64,000 nucleotides of DNA from a virus (IMGVR_UViG_3300021400_000154:1-64000); one strand, 5' to 3'; positions 37,720-49,199 are shown, counted from the first letter of the stretch. The notes: generated from the sequence alone by a model not told the origin. Made by a program: numbers and translations.

Positions 37720-38592
37720 ATGGCACAGGACATCTCCCTGTTCGGATCAACCTATCAGTCTGTGCCGTCTGTCTCCTTACCAAAGGTCGGAGGCGGGACA
37801 GCGACGTTTACGGACGTTACCGGGACAACGGCTGTCGCTTCCGATGTGGCTCCCGGCAAGACGTTCTACCTTGCCAATGGTCAGGCCGCGACAGGCACGG
37901 CCACTGTTCAGCTTGTCCCGTATGCGATCCGCCCGGACGCAGAACTGGTGAAGACGGTGTACTGGGATCAGATGCTGGTGGCAGATCTTGGCATAACGAT
38001 CCCGGCCTACTCAACCAGCGCAAAAACTCTTAAGGCAAGCGCTGTGCTGGACACCTACGCCGGTGACAAGTCGAACTACAATTACTGGCTTGTGCTGCGG
38101 ACGCTGACGATTCCGCAGTACTCCATTGAGACCAAGGCCAAGGGCAGAGAGGAATACATGCTGACGAGCTACGTCTATGAGATGTGCGACTTGCCAGCCA
38201 ACAGTTTCCCGGCGGTCATTGACCCGACCAAGAAAGTGACGGCTGCGTCCGCCCCAGCCCCAGCCTTGGGTGTTGCCAGACACATCTACTGGTCAAGCGC
38301 CTCCGCTTTGGCTGTCAACACAGCTGTGACATACGGCCTTGGCGTGACTGTAGCTGCTCCAACATGGTCTGGGAACACGTTGAACATCAACAGCGGGTCG
38401 ATCACAATCCGTGGACATACGACCTATTTTGTCAACACATTTTATAATGCGCTGACGGATGCAAGGATTCAGGTGAAAGTGGACGTATACCGTGCGCCAA
38501 AGAATCATTTGAACGTTGACGGATGGAGTGCCCAACAGAATCTCAACCGTCTGATCGAAACCGTCAACAGCGCAACAATGAATTTATTGTAA
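37720..38592 (+). CDS. putative structural/fibre protein
   Basis: AAGGAG RBS; TTAVASDVAPGKTFY resembles the neighbouring repeat unit. Confidence 0.65.
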   Translation: MAQDISLFGSTYQSVPSVSLPKVGGGTATFTDVTGTTAVASDVAPGKTFYLANGQAATGTATVQLVPYAIRPDAELVKTVYWDQMLVADLGITIPAYSTSAKTLKASAVLDTYAGDKSNYNYWLVLRTLTIPQYSIETKAKGREEYMLTSYVYEMCDLPANSFPAVIDPTKKVTAASAPAPALGVARHIYWSSASALAVNTAVTYGLGVTVAAPTWSGNTLNINSGSITIRGHTTYFVNTFYNALTDARIQVKVDVYRAPKNHLNVDGWSAQQNLNRLIETVNSATMNLL

Positions 38593-38607
38593 CAGGAGGT
38601 GAGGCCC

Positions 38608-40266
38608 ATGGGCTTTTGGGATTTCATTGGTTCATTCAGGAGACAGCCCTCGCAGCAGGCGGAGCCTCCAGTAAAGAGAGAGAGGCCGGGAAAGGTCGCG
38701 GTCGGAGCGAAGGATGATGAGGAAAGGAAAGACATCCAGTCTTACAATAACTCAAACATCACGTTCTCCGGCGAACTTTACGGCTACGATTATGATTCGA
38801 TTCTTCGGAACAAGCAGCAGCACATATACGATCTGTATAAGCTGTAGGATTACTACACAGACGCAGATCCGCTGATTCACGGCATTGTGAAGCACGTTTA
38901 TGTGCCGTACAGCCTTGGCTCCTCCTGGACGCTTCATGGCGCTGCGGAGAAGACGATCAAGATCTATGAAGAATTCTATAAAAAGATTCGTCTCCGGGAA
39001 AAGCTCAGTTCGATTATGTTGGAATACTGGAAGTACGCGAACGTGTTTGTTTATGTGTACCACGGTGTTCCAATTACCCTGCCTCCGACAAAATGCAGGA
39101 TTGGTAACGTATCCTTCAACGGAGAGCCCGTGGTGGACTTCGACTGCCAGTCGATTTACAACGAATGGCGGCAGAAGAACTACGTCATCAAAGAGAACTG
39201 GGTGAAGGACAACGACCTGGAGACATACTTCGATGGCTTCCCGGAGGAAGTGCAGGAGGCCATCAATCGCGGAGAAATGTACGCGCAGCTGAACCCGAAG
39301 TACTGCAAGGTACTCCAGGCAGACAAGGAAACCTGGCAGCGCTATGCCATTCCGTTTATCTCCGCTTGTCTGCCAGCTCTGGCCAAGAAGGAACTCATTA
39401 ATAAGTACGAGGTAAAAATGCTGGATCTTGGCATCCATTCTTTCGTACATATCAACTATGGTGACGAGAAGAAGGGCGCCGATATGCTTCCTGAAATCAA
39501 TCAGTTAAGAGAGACCAGGAACATATTCTCCAGGGCCATGAGCAACTTCCCGCTGGCCGTCACAAACCAGCTGGCCCATGCGCATGTGGTCCAGCCAGAT
39601 CTGGATAACCTCTTCCAGTTCGACAAGTACAGAGACTGTAACAACGACATCCTGTCTGCCGGTGGCATCAGCGGTCTGCTGGTAGCCGGTCTCAGCACGG
39701 ACGGTTCAACGTTTGCTTCTGCCCAGGTGTCCATGCAGACAGCTGCGGCCAGGATCGAGTCCTGCCGGGATGAGGTCTGCGAACTGATGAATAAGATCAA
39801 TGTCTGCATCCAGGAAGAGCTGGCGAACACCCATGCCTATAACGTGAGCAAGGTTCCAGAGTTCAGCTTTATGCCGCTGGACATGGCCGGAAAGAAAGCG
39901 CTGCGCGAAGCCTGTGAGAAGCTCTGGAAGGAAGGCGTTGTCTCCACAGAGACATATATGACAGCCTTCGGATATTCCATGGAGCGCGAGACTTCCCGTC
40001 GCAAGAGCGAGGCCGGGAACGGCACCGATGAAGTGCTGGTTCCGAGGGATATTGTGAACGAGCTGAACAAGATCAAGCTCCAGCAGGAGACCTCTCCGCC
40101 TGAAGAGCCTGTTCAGCAACCTGAAGAGCCTGATCAACAGGAGACAGAAGAAACGCACATCGGCAGGCCAGAGCTTGACGACAGCGAACGGACTTCTGAC
40201 CCAGAGAACGCGATACGTTCCAAACAGCCCAAACCTTCCAACCCGGAAGGCAGTATGGGTGAGTAA
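38608..40266 (+). CDS. portal protein (1 in-frame TAG)
   Basis: position before protease and capsid, about 550 aa; TAG 38845-38847 joins two in-frame ORFs. Confidence 0.72.
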
Positions 40267-40512
40267 GCAAGTTTACGGTGATCGGCTTTCCTGATTCAGG
40301 AGGGGCATTTCCTCAAACCGTATTATTCCACGAATATAGCACTGAACAGTGGCTGGTGCGTAAACTGCCACCCTTATGTCTGCCTATAACTGTGCGTGGC
40401 AGGAAAAGGCAGATTTTCTTATTTGATTAAAACGGCTACGCCGTTTTAATAGATTAGCTCGCTTCGCTTGCTTTGCCCCCTACCATTGTGAGCAGAGAGA
40501 GCAATAAAGGGG

Positions 40513-41835
40513 ATGAGACCCATGAACAGGATGAAAACCTGTTTTGCCTCTGTCATCTCCGAAATCCAGCAGTCGGATATTTATCTGACCGTCAAAGCTC
40601 GGCTGTTCGAAACACCGGGAGCTAATCTTAATGGTGTTCGAGTTACTCCTGCGTTCCTTGACGAAATTGTGGAGCACCAGGAGAAGTATGTCGGGCTCCC
40701 ACTGTGCGCGGATGTAAAAAATCTCGCGAGCGGTGATTACCAGCACCTTGGTCATCTGTATGATGCGCGCACGGGAGAGTTTCACTCTGCCCAGATTGGC
40801 TCCTTCTATCGCTATGAGAAAGAGGAGACTGCGGATGGCGCTGCGCTTATCGGTTACGCGAGGATCATGAAAAGGAACAAAGCCGTCTGTAGGGCAATTT
40901 CCGAATTGTTCGCGGATGGGAAGCTGAAGTTCTCCTTTGAGATCTCCTGCGGAAGCTACCGAGAGCTTGAGGATGGGACCATTGAGATCGACGCTTCTGA
41001 GGATAACTTCCTCGAAGGCGCTGCCGTGGTGACGTTCCCGGCTTGCGAGAGCGCTGTTGCTTTGGATCTGGTGGCCGAGTGCAACAGTATAGCGGATGGC
41101 CGCAGAGAGGGTGAACAAGAGATGACAGATGTGAACGACACCGAAGTGATGGCTGAGGCCGTCGCGGAGGAGCAGGAGAGCCAGGAGGCTCTTGCTGCGA
41201 AGGTCGTGGTGGAGGATCATGTAGCGGTTGATACCGTGAAGGTGGTCGACACCGAGACCGGAAACGTTGTGGAGGACCATAACGTGCATGAGACTCACAC
41301 GGAAACGGTTGTCCAGGATCCAGCGCCGCTTGGCGACAACAGTGTGGCCGTGGTTGAGTTTGCCCAGACCGACGATGAAGCCTGCGCTGCTTGCTCCGAT
41401 GATAAGGAGAAGAAGTGCGGCGAAGAGGATGAGCCTGAAGAGGAGACTGCCTCTGTTGAGACTGCCAAGGAAGAGTCGATTGCTTCCGAGGAGCCTACCG
41501 AAGAAGTGGCTAACGCCACGGAGGAAGTGGCCATTGCCACTGAGGAGGCTACCGCTGAAGAGACCGGGTCTACCGAGGAGACAGCAGAGGTCGGCACGGA
41601 TTCCATGTCCGAGCTTGTCGCCTCGCTGCAGGAATCCGTCAATACGCTTCGTCGGGAGCTGGCCGAACTGAGGAATCAGCTGAATGACGCGCCTGCGAAG
41701 ATGATCGCTGAAGCGGCCACTTCCGGCGCCAATAAGGCGAATCCTTTTATGGCGAACATCCAGGAAGGCGAAGACCATCCAAAGTATTCGCTGCTGGAGA
41801 GTGAAGAGCCTGTCTCTTCCTATACTCTGCTGTGA
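40513..41835 (+). CDS. prohead protease/scaffold protein
   Basis: NLNG, FSFEI, AVVTFPA followed by long acidic and coiled-coil tail. Confidence 0.7.
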   Translation: MRPMNRMKTCFASVISEIQQSDIYLTVKARLFETPGANLNGVRVTPAFLDEIVEHQEKYVGLPLCADVKNLASGDYQHLGHLYDARTGEFHSAQIGSFYRYEKEETADGAALIGYARIMKRNKAVCRAISELFADGKLKFSFEISCGSYRELEDGTIEIDASEDNFLEGAAVVTFPACESAVALDLVAECNSIADGRREGEQEMTDVNDTEVMAEAVAEEQESQEALAAKVVVEDHVAVDTVKVVDTETGNVVEDHNVHETHTETVVQDPAPLGDNSVAVVEFAQTDDEACAACSDDKEKKCGEEDEPEEETASVETAKEESIASEEPTEEVANATEEVAIATEEATAEETGSTEETAEVGTDSMSELVASLQESVNTLRRELAELRNQLNDAPAKMIAEAATSGANKANPFMANIQEGEDHPKYSLLESEEPVSSYTLL

Positions 41836-41868
41836 CAGAGCAAATAAATTACGAGAGGAATGATAGCT

Positions 41869-42297
41869 ATGGCTGGATACATGACCGCCCTTCAGGGCTA
41901 CGTGTACGAAGGCGAGCTGGTGAACGGCGAGACCACCGCTATCGAGAACGGCATGTTTGTCGCTCCTACGATGGATAATGGCAAGCTGGTCATGAAGCTG
42001 CCCGCTGCCGACACCGATACTAAGCTGCTGTGCAAGGAAGTTACCACCATTTACGATGGCATTCCTGCCTACCGCTTTATCGTGAACGCTGTTGGCAAGA
42101 ACAACTATTTTGTCGAGAACGGTTTTGAGGTGAACAGCGCTGCTGTGTATGACACCACGCTGTACTCCACCGCTTCCGGCAAGTTTCTGCGTGCCCATCC
42201 GATTCAGGTGGGCGAAGAGTTTGTGACGGACAAGGTCAGCGGAACGCCTGTGGTTGGTACCGAGTATGGCGTTCTGGCGACTGGTCTCGTCGGTTAA
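41869..42297 (+). CDS. putative head decoration/stabilising protein
   Basis: between scaffold and capsid; IENGMFV motif. Confidence 0.55.
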   Translation: MAGYMTALQGYVYEGELVNGETTAIENGMFVAPTMDNGKLVMKLPAADTDTKLLCKEVTTIYDGIPAYRFIVNAVGKNNYFVENGFEVNSAAVYDTTLYSTASGKFLRAHPIQVGEEFVTDKVSGTPVVGTEYGVLATGLVG

Positions 42298-42311
42298 GGA
42301 GGTGCAAGACA

Positions 42312-43325
42312 ATGAGTGATATTATCGTGAATCGCGACAGCAAGCTCATTAAGGTGCTTGCGTCTCAGGCTCGCGGCGAGCGGGTCGACTAGGCCAACGT
42401 GGACGAGGCCGCTTCCATCATTGCCGAGCTGTAGAAGGACCTGAATCCCCAGAATCGGCATCAGATCGCGTAGGTCATCGCGTTTACCGTGGATGAGCTG
42501 CAGAAGCGCGAGCTGGATTTCCTGAACCAGGTGGCTGACCAGAAGTCTGTCGGCTATCAGGACAAGGCCGTGTTTAACATGCGCACTGGCGGCATCAAGG
42601 CCTACATCCAGGCCAAGGGTTCCACCACCAAGCGCAGCTATGTGGCAGATCGTCAGGTGACGGTTGAGACCGATGAGATCTCCGCCCGTCCCGCCATCAA
42701 CATCGTGGACCTGCGCGCTGGCCGTGTGAACATGGCCGACCTGATCCGCGAGGCGAACCGTGAGATCACCAACAAGAAGCTGGCTCTGGTGGAGAATGTG
42801 CTGCATACTGCCATGCAGACTTACTCCAGCCCATTCTATGCTGCCGGTACCGGCATCGTGAAGGCGACCCTGGACGCTCAGCTGGCGTACTTCCGTCGGC
42901 TGGGTCCTGTCACCATCCTGGGCGACCAGGCTGCTGTTGCTCAGCTGGCTGGCCTGACCGGCATGGAGATGAACCCCGGCGCGACCGGTGGCAACCTGTT
43001 CACCGAGCGCAGCCATGGCATGATCGATGAGATGAACGACAATGGCTACATCGGCCGTTACAATGGCGCTGCAGTGGTGTCCCTGGCGAACACCTACTTC
43101 GACGGCACCACCACCCCGGTGCTGGCCACTGACTGGCTCTACATCATCCCTGGTGGCATGAGCGGTGATGCCCGCAACCTGAAGATCGTCAACGAGGGCG
43201 GCGTGAATGCGTTCGAGTCCCAGAACATCGATGATCTGGTGTACGAGGTCCGCCTTGACACCTGGTTCGGCGCTGGCTTTATCTCCGGCAACCTGCCCAC
43301 CATCGGCGCTTACAAGATCAACTGA
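42312..43325 (+). CDS. major capsid protein (3 in-frame TAG)
   Basis: AAGGAGG RBS at ATG 42312; TAG at 42390, 42432, 42471; strong codon bias; followed by hairpin. Confidence 0.78.
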
Positions 43326-43333
43326 TCTCTTGA

Positions 43334-43380
43334 AGGGCAAAAGGGGCACCCTTATGGTGCCCCTCGCCCTGATTTATTTT
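43334..43380 (+). terminator. hairpin after capsid gene
   Basis: AGGGGCACC-CTTAT-GGTGCCCCT with T-rich tail. Confidence 0.6.
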
Positions 43381-43401
43381 ACAAGGAAGAAGGTATAAGG
43401 C

Positions 43402-43872
43402 ATGGATATGACACCCGCTGGATACACTGAGGCCCGTTATCGGGTTTACAACCGTTGCAAGTATGATATCGGTGTGACCGTTGCTGACGGTCGCCAGTAC
43501 AATATCAGGCCTGGCAGTTTTGCACTGATGACTGCTGCTGATATCGAGTATGTTGACAGCATTTGCCGAACAAAGAAGTTCTTCGGTTCCGGAATGCTTG
43601 TCGCTGTAGATGGAACCAACAAGGAGATTCCGCTGGATAAACTGAACATTGTAGAGGTTGATGAGAGCGAGAAGCACCTTACTGACGAGGAAATCACCGC
43701 TGCGCTCAAGAAGTCTGCAAAGGCTATGGAGGCATGGCTGAACGCCATTGACGATCCGGTTGAGCTGCATGCTATTTATACAGTCGCGTCTGAGATGGAC
43801 TTGCCGACGAGCAAGCTGAAGATTCTCAACGCGAAGATGCCAGACAAGGATTGGCTGGATCAGTTTAATTGA
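43402..43872 (+). CDS. hypothetical virion-region protein
   Basis: ORF in late operon. Confidence 0.7.
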   Translation: MDMTPAGYTEARYRVYNRCKYDIGVTVADGRQYNIRPGSFALMTAADIEYVDSICRTKKFFGSGMLVAVDGTNKEIPLDKLNIVEVDESEKHLTDEEITAALKKSAKAMEAWLNAIDDPVELHAIYTVASEMDLPTSKLKILNAKMPDKDWLDQFN

Positions 43873-43889
43873 TAAAGGAGGCGCTGCCC

Positions 43890-44339
43890 ATGACGAACGT
43901 AACAGAGCTTGCGATGGAGCTTAAGGACATCGTTTCCTGGCAGAGAACGCCAGAAGAAATGGAAGATGCGGACTTTATCAAGATGATCCTGAATGGCATC
44001 AAAACCCTGTACATTGACACGGGCAGAGCGTCTCAATACTCCAAAGACATGATCGTATACCCTGAAGAAACAGAAGAGGAACCTGTGGATGACACAATCT
44101 GGTTCACGGTGGATCTTCCGATCGACGAGGAAAAGTATGTGCTGATTGTAGCGCAGATTGCGTTCTTTAAGAAGGTGCAGAGCGATGTGAACAACATTGT
44201 GTCCTACACCACGGACGCGCTGAGTGTTGCGAACGCAGACAAGCCTTACGCTCATCTTCAGGACACGATCGCGAATCTTGAGAACGAGCGCCGGATCATC
44301 TTTTACAAGATGGTCTCCTACTCGTTCTACTCTGTTTGA
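43890..44339 (+). CDS. putative head-tail adaptor
   Basis: AAAGGAGG RBS; synteny only. Confidence 0.5.
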   Translation: MTNVTELAMELKDIVSWQRTPEEMEDADFIKMILNGIKTLYIDTGRASQYSKDMIVYPEETEEEPVDDTIWFTVDLPIDEEKYVLIVAQIAFFKKVQSDVNNIVSYTTDALSVANADKPYAHLQDTIANLENERRIIFYKMVSYSFYSV

Positions 44340-44348
44340 GGTGAGAGC

Positions 44349-44687
44349 ATGAACGAAGACTTTACTGTCCGTACTGAATACTATAACAAGGCGATGGACG
44401 CACGGGAGATCAGGACGTATCCGTTCGAGTCTTATACGGATCATATATACAACGAACTGAAATCCCTCGTGCGGGATGTCGAGTCTGTGTTATCTTATCT
44501 TCAGAACTACAAAGATAAAGATAACTGGGATCCGGAAGCTCTGGAAGACTTCCAGACGATTCGGAAGAAGCTGCTGAACAATGCGAACAACATTGGCCGC
44601 CTCCCACAGACCCTGTGTTACAAAGGGGTTCCATGCGCCAATGTCAGCATGAGCGAAATCATTGCAAAAATCATTAACGACCAGTGA
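44349..44687 (+). CDS. hypothetical protein
   Basis: GAGGTG RBS. Confidence 0.65.
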   Translation: MNEDFTVRTEYYNKAMDAREIRTYPFESYTDHIYNELKSLVRDVESVLSYLQNYKDKDNWDPEALEDFQTIRKKLLNNANNIGRLPQTLCYKGVPCANVSMSEIIAKIINDQ

Positions 44688-44705
44688 TGAAAGGAGCTGG
44701 CGCAA

Positions 44706-45440
44706 ATGTCAAAACCATATGTGCCAGCAGGCACGAAGACAAGGTTTTTCCGTCCGCCGACACTGGCGTAGGATTTTACGGAGTTTCTTGATGGGGACAT
44801 CCCGAACATGGTCATGGACTTTACGCTGTTGACCAACTGGTATGACCAGTTCAAGGAAGGCTACGAGCCGAAGATCATTCGCGGGGAGTTCTACACAGAG
44901 ACTGCCAAAAGTCGTTACACTAACACGGATAACAACGTAAACATCCGCTGTGATGTGGCCAGCGGCATCAAAAAAGGCGACATGGTGATCGCCAGTAACA
45001 ACAATGATGTGTATATCCTGGACTGGGAGATTACGCTGCAGAGCAATAACGCGCCTTCCCGAGCGCTCAGGTGCAACTTCGACCTGACGGTCAAAAGGCA
45101 TCATCCGGAGATTACGGATGACAGAGGCTATCTGCTCAAGGAGGAAGGCGACGATATCATTGTGGACGCGCTTCCTGCGAACGGATACTTCTACGACGGC
45201 AGAAACGCGAGATATCTTGCGTCCAACGGAACGCCTGGTGTTGCGCCCGAGGTGAACGCTCTGGTAACCGTGCAGTACAACGAGCAGACCAAGAACCTTC
45301 GAGTGGACGATGTGTTCAAATGGGGCGGCGACATCTACCAGATCACAGATATCTCTGTGGCAGGTTTGAACAGGGCTGGTACCAGCGGCTGTCTGAACCT
45401 ACAGACCATACAGAAACCGGGTGGCATCTATGACAAATAA
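44706..45440 (+). CDS. putative head-closure protein (1 in-frame TAG)
   Basis: AAAGGAG RBS at ATG 44706; TAG 44769-44771; synteny. Confidence 0.6.
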
Positions 45441-45741
45441 CATGAACGGCCTGGTTGAGACAGTGAAGCGTTCTGTAAAAGACGCTGTATTCAAGAGAGT
45501 CAACGAGATGGCGAGATCTCTTCAAAGTAACCTTTTGTATGAGTTCCAGAACGATCTGGTTTTTGCAGGGCACTCAAAAGAGTTTGAACCGCTGTCCAGC
45601 ATTACGGTTTCTGTAGAAGAAAACGGAGATAACCAATATAAGCTTGTGATGGATATGAGCAACCTGAACGACAAACAGAAGGAACTGTTTGAGTTTTATT
45701 TCAAGAACGCAAAGTCACGCGTGTTAGGAGGTGATGCTTGA
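45430..45741 (+). CDS. hypothetical neck-region protein
   Basis: overlap-coupled ORF. Confidence 0.6.
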   Translation: MTNNMNGLVETVKRSVKDAVFKRVNEMARSLQSNLLYEFQNDLVFAGHSKEFEPLSSITVSVEENGDNQYKLVMDMSNLNDKQKELFEFYFKNAKSRVLGGDA

Positions 45742-46214
45742 TGCCGGCTACATGGATCCATGATTGGAACGAGATTATTCGTGATGTGATATATCCCGAC
45801 ACCGAGCTTCGCCGCCTGATGCGGCTGCCGAAGGGTACCGGCATTATCGAGTTCATCGATAAGTATTTTATGAGATCCGGTTATTCCAACCAGACGCTTG
45901 AGCATGAGGACGTTCGAATCGTCTATGGAGATACCGGCGCGCATGAAACAGAAGTCCCCAACGTGACGAAGAACGAAATGAGTTTCGATATCTATGTCAA
46001 GCAGGAGCACCTGCATAACGTCGGAAACGACAGGCTGCAATACAGGACACACCTGATTGCAGCGAGACTGATTGAGCTTTTGACCAAGCATGGTACAAGC
46101 GGCAAGTATTTAGGCGGGTATCGGTTCTGGGTCAAGAACGAGATGGATCTTGGCACACGAACGACAGGTTATGCACGGTACTGCGTCACGTTCTACTACA
46201 TGCGAGTATATTAA
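45738..46214 (+). CDS. putative tail terminator
   Basis: GGAGG RBS; immediately before tail-tube genes. Confidence 0.5.
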   Translation: MMPATWIHDWNEIIRDVIYPDTELRRLMRLPKGTGIIEFIDKYFMRSGYSNQTLEHEDVRIVYGDTGAHETEVPNVTKNEMSFDIYVKQEHLHNVGNDRLQYRTHLIAARLIELLTKHGTSGKYLGGYRFWVKNEMDLGTRTTGYARYCVTFYYMRVY

Positions 46215-46228
46215 GGAGGCGACGTTTC

Positions 46229-47143
46229 ATGAGCACTTATGTTCCAGCCTGGAAAGGCTACATCGCAGACGTTCCGCAACTCTGGTTCAAGAGATGCGAT
46301 GGCAACGTCTATCACTTTGACGAGCTGACCCAGGCCAGCGTTCAGCCGGACACGAACACGATCGACATCAACGCCGGTCAGAGTCTTTATCCGGTGGCCT
46401 ATCTTCCCGGCCAGTCCACTATGACGATTGATGTCACCAGCGGACAGTTTGATGCTGATATGTTTGCGATGGCGAACAACGCGTAGTTTGAGGATGGGTC
46501 AATCGAGATCCCCGGCTCTGCTTCGGAAGCCATCGAAATGTATACGCAAGAGATTGCGCAAGGCATGACTGTTATGCACATCAAGCTGCACAACTTCCTG
46601 GCCTACAAGACGGCAAGCGTTCAATTTTCTCTTGATGGGGAGGACGTCGGTGACCCTATTGTTTGTTCTGACACACAGGACGCGGACAGCAAAACGAGCT
46701 TCAAAAATGCTGTCGCTCAGTTTTTCCCGCATGATCCAGGCCAGCAGATGGGAGTTATTATGCCTGAAACCGGTGATGATGTTGACATACAGATTAACTT
46801 CAACTCTGCTCCTTCTCTTCCGGAGATGCCAGCTGACGGTGGCACAATGGAGTAGGAAGGTCGTGTTTCCAGCGGCAAGGTCGCGAAGTTTGACAACAAG
46901 TCCGCTGCCGTCGGCGAGGCTGTTCTGAAGTGGCCTGTATATGCCAGCGGAGACGACTGTTCCGACTCTGCGATCAAGGGCTACCTGATCATGCACATGT
47001 ATCGTGCGCGGATTACGAGAATGCCTGGGTTTGACGATTCATACAAGAGCGCCTCCACGTTCCAGTTCCAGCTCTCTGCCATGGATGCGAAGCGCGATGA
47101 CGGGAAGATTTACGAGCTGGCGTATAAGGAAAACGATCTGTAA
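46229..47143 (+). CDS. tail tube-like protein, paralog 1 (2 in-frame TAG)
   Basis: aligns at both ends with the 47225 gene only when TAG 46484 and 46853 are read through. Confidence 0.72.
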
Positions 47144-47224
47144 CAATATGATTGACTACACGAAGTCTGTAGGGGGACAGCGTGTTTTCAATATATACAA
47201 AAATAAACCAAAGGAGTGTTGCAT

Positions 47225-47992
47225 ATGCCTAATACATATGTGCCCGCCTACAAGGGCTACATTGCGGACGTGCCGCAGGTCTGGTTCAAGCGTTGCGATG
47301 GCGAAGTGTTCCACTATGACGAGATCACTCAGGCTTCCGTGAACCCACAGACTAACTTCACTGAAATCAACGCCGGTTGGTAGCTGTATCCCGTGGCTTA
47401 TCTGCCCGGTCAGTCCACCATGGAGATCTCCATGACATCTGGTCAGTTCAACGCCGATCTGTTCGCGATGGCGAACAAGACCAAGTTTAAGACGATTGGT
47501 CAGGATCCTCAGGACACCGAGAAGTATAGCACCTTCAAGACCGAGTCTCTGACTCCTGACGCCACCACTCACAAGGTGACCCTGGCCGAGACTCCTGTTG
47601 AAGGCACCGTTGCCATTCGTGGCCTGGAGCTGACCACTGACTTCACCGTGTCCGGCAAGGAAGTCACCTTCACCGATGATAAGATTGCCGGTCCCGTCGA
47701 GATCTCTTATGAGTATGAGGTGAATGGCGCCAACGTGATCAAGATTGACAACAAGTCTGCTGCTACCGGCGAGGCCGTCATGAAGTGGCCTGTGTACGGT
47801 GCTGGAGACGACTGCACCGACAGCGCTGTGAAGGGCTATGTGATTCTGCGGATGTACCGTTGCCGGGTCACCCAGATGCCTGGGTTCGACACCAGCTATA
47901 AGAGCGCGGCCACCAATGCCGTGACCTTCTCCGCTATGGACGCGAAGCGCGACGACGAGAAGATCTACGAGATCGCCTACATCGACGCCTAA
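47225..47992 (+). CDS. major tail tube protein, paralog 2 (1 in-frame TAG)
   Basis: AAGGAG RBS; TAG 47381-47383; highly biased codons; precedes chaperone. Confidence 0.75.
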
Positions 47993-48049
47993 TCAACCAA
48001 ACATCGTTTCTTGTATTAAGGATAAATTATAAGGTTATGCAAGGAACTC

Positions 48050-48084
48050 AAGGGGTTGCTGCATAACGCAGCAGCCCCTTTTTT
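48050..48084 (+). terminator. intrinsic terminator
   Basis: AAGGGGTTGCTGC...GCAGCAGCCCCTTTTTT. Confidence 0.75.
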
Positions 48085-48111
48085 ATTACGTATAAGGAAA
48101 GAAGGATTTAT

Positions 48112-48648
48112 ATGCCAGTTATGAACAAAGATCTCCCGGAAGCGAAGGAGAATAATAAAAAGCTTCCTACGAAACGTGCTCTGAAGAAGGACATCCCTGA
48201 CGAGGCTGAACTGGACAAAGAAATACCGGAAGCCTCGGAGCTCGACAAAGAAATGCCGGAAGCTTCTCCGCTTGATAAGCCTCAGCCTCCGCTTGTAGAC
48301 CCGGAGAACATTATCCGGGTTGGCGACCAGGACATTGAAATCAAGCCGACGAAGCTGTTGTACCAGCGGAACAAGACCGCTGCAGCTTACCGGATTCTTG
48401 ATGTGTACCCTCTGCCTGACATCCTTGCGATGGATAAAGGCATCCTCGACCCGGAACGTGATGGCGATGCGATCGTATTTGACTTCCTGACCGCCGTGTT
48501 CGACGACGGCAAGTTGGTGGCCAAGTATTACGACACGATGGACTCTGAAACCATTTATCGTGCGGTTCAGATCTTCAAGCGGCTGAACCATATAGACGAT
48601 AAGGAAGAGGCCTCAAAAAACCGGGCAGCCAAGGGGACGAGCAAATAA
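48112..48648 (+). CDS. tail assembly chaperone (gpG-like)
   Basis: between tube and tape measure; slippery A AAA AAC at 48615-48621. Confidence 0.7.
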   Translation: MPVMNKDLPEAKENNKKLPTKRALKKDIPDEAELDKEIPEASELDKEMPEASPLDKPQPPLVDPENIIRVGDQDIEIKPTKLLYQRNKTAAAYRILDVYPLPDILAMDKGILDPERDGDAIVFDFLTAVFDDGKLVAKYYDTMDSETIYRAVQIFKRLNHIDDKEEASKNRAAKGTSK

Positions 48649-48959
48649 GCCTTGACGAGGCTGTAGCGCTGGTTGCTGTCTACCTTGGCGAAGCTGATGA
48701 ATCGAAAATAAACGGAATGTCGATTCCGTTCTTCAATAATGTATTGGCGGCATTAGGCAAGCGCGTTAACTACGATGCCGTCGTGAACTATGCCGGTAAC
48801 TCTTTCGCGAAGGATTCATGGAAACTGATTCAAGAGGCGAACCCGTTGGTAAAGCCGAGGAAGATCAGTTCCGGTTTTATGGATCTGTTGAACAAGGCTG
48901 CGCCGAAGTCTGATGCTAAGACACAGCAGATGCTGAAAGAGATTGACTGGGCGAAATAA
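48615..48959 (+). CDS. -1 frameshift extension of chaperone (gpGT-like)
   Basis: -1 frame open from the slippery site into MSIPFFNNVL... Confidence 0.68.
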   Translation, partial: KKPGSQGDEQISLDEAVALVAVYLGEADESKINGMSIPFFNNVLAALGKRVNYDAVVNYAGNSFAKDSWKLIQEANPLVKPRKISSGFMDLLNKAAPKSDAKTQQMLKEIDWAK

Positions 48960-48971
48960 GAGGTGATTCAT

Positions 48972-49199
48972 ATGAACCGTGCTTGTTTCTATTATGAGGC
49001 AATGATGCGCTCCTATGATAAGTTTGTGAATGGCGAGTGCAGCCAGGAGTCTTTTATCCTGGCTGCCAAAGCCTTTGCTGCTTTACGGGAGCCTAACCCA
49101 TTCAAACAGTGCGAGGACGAAAAGTTGTTCTCTCAGAATGCAGCGATCCGTCCTTAGGCTGATGCCAAACTTGTTACTGCCGTGAAGGAGGAGTATTGA
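48972..49199 (+). CDS. hypothetical protein (1 in-frame TAG)
   Basis: readthrough of TAG 49155 ends at a TGA overlapping the next ATG (TGATG). Confidence 0.55.
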
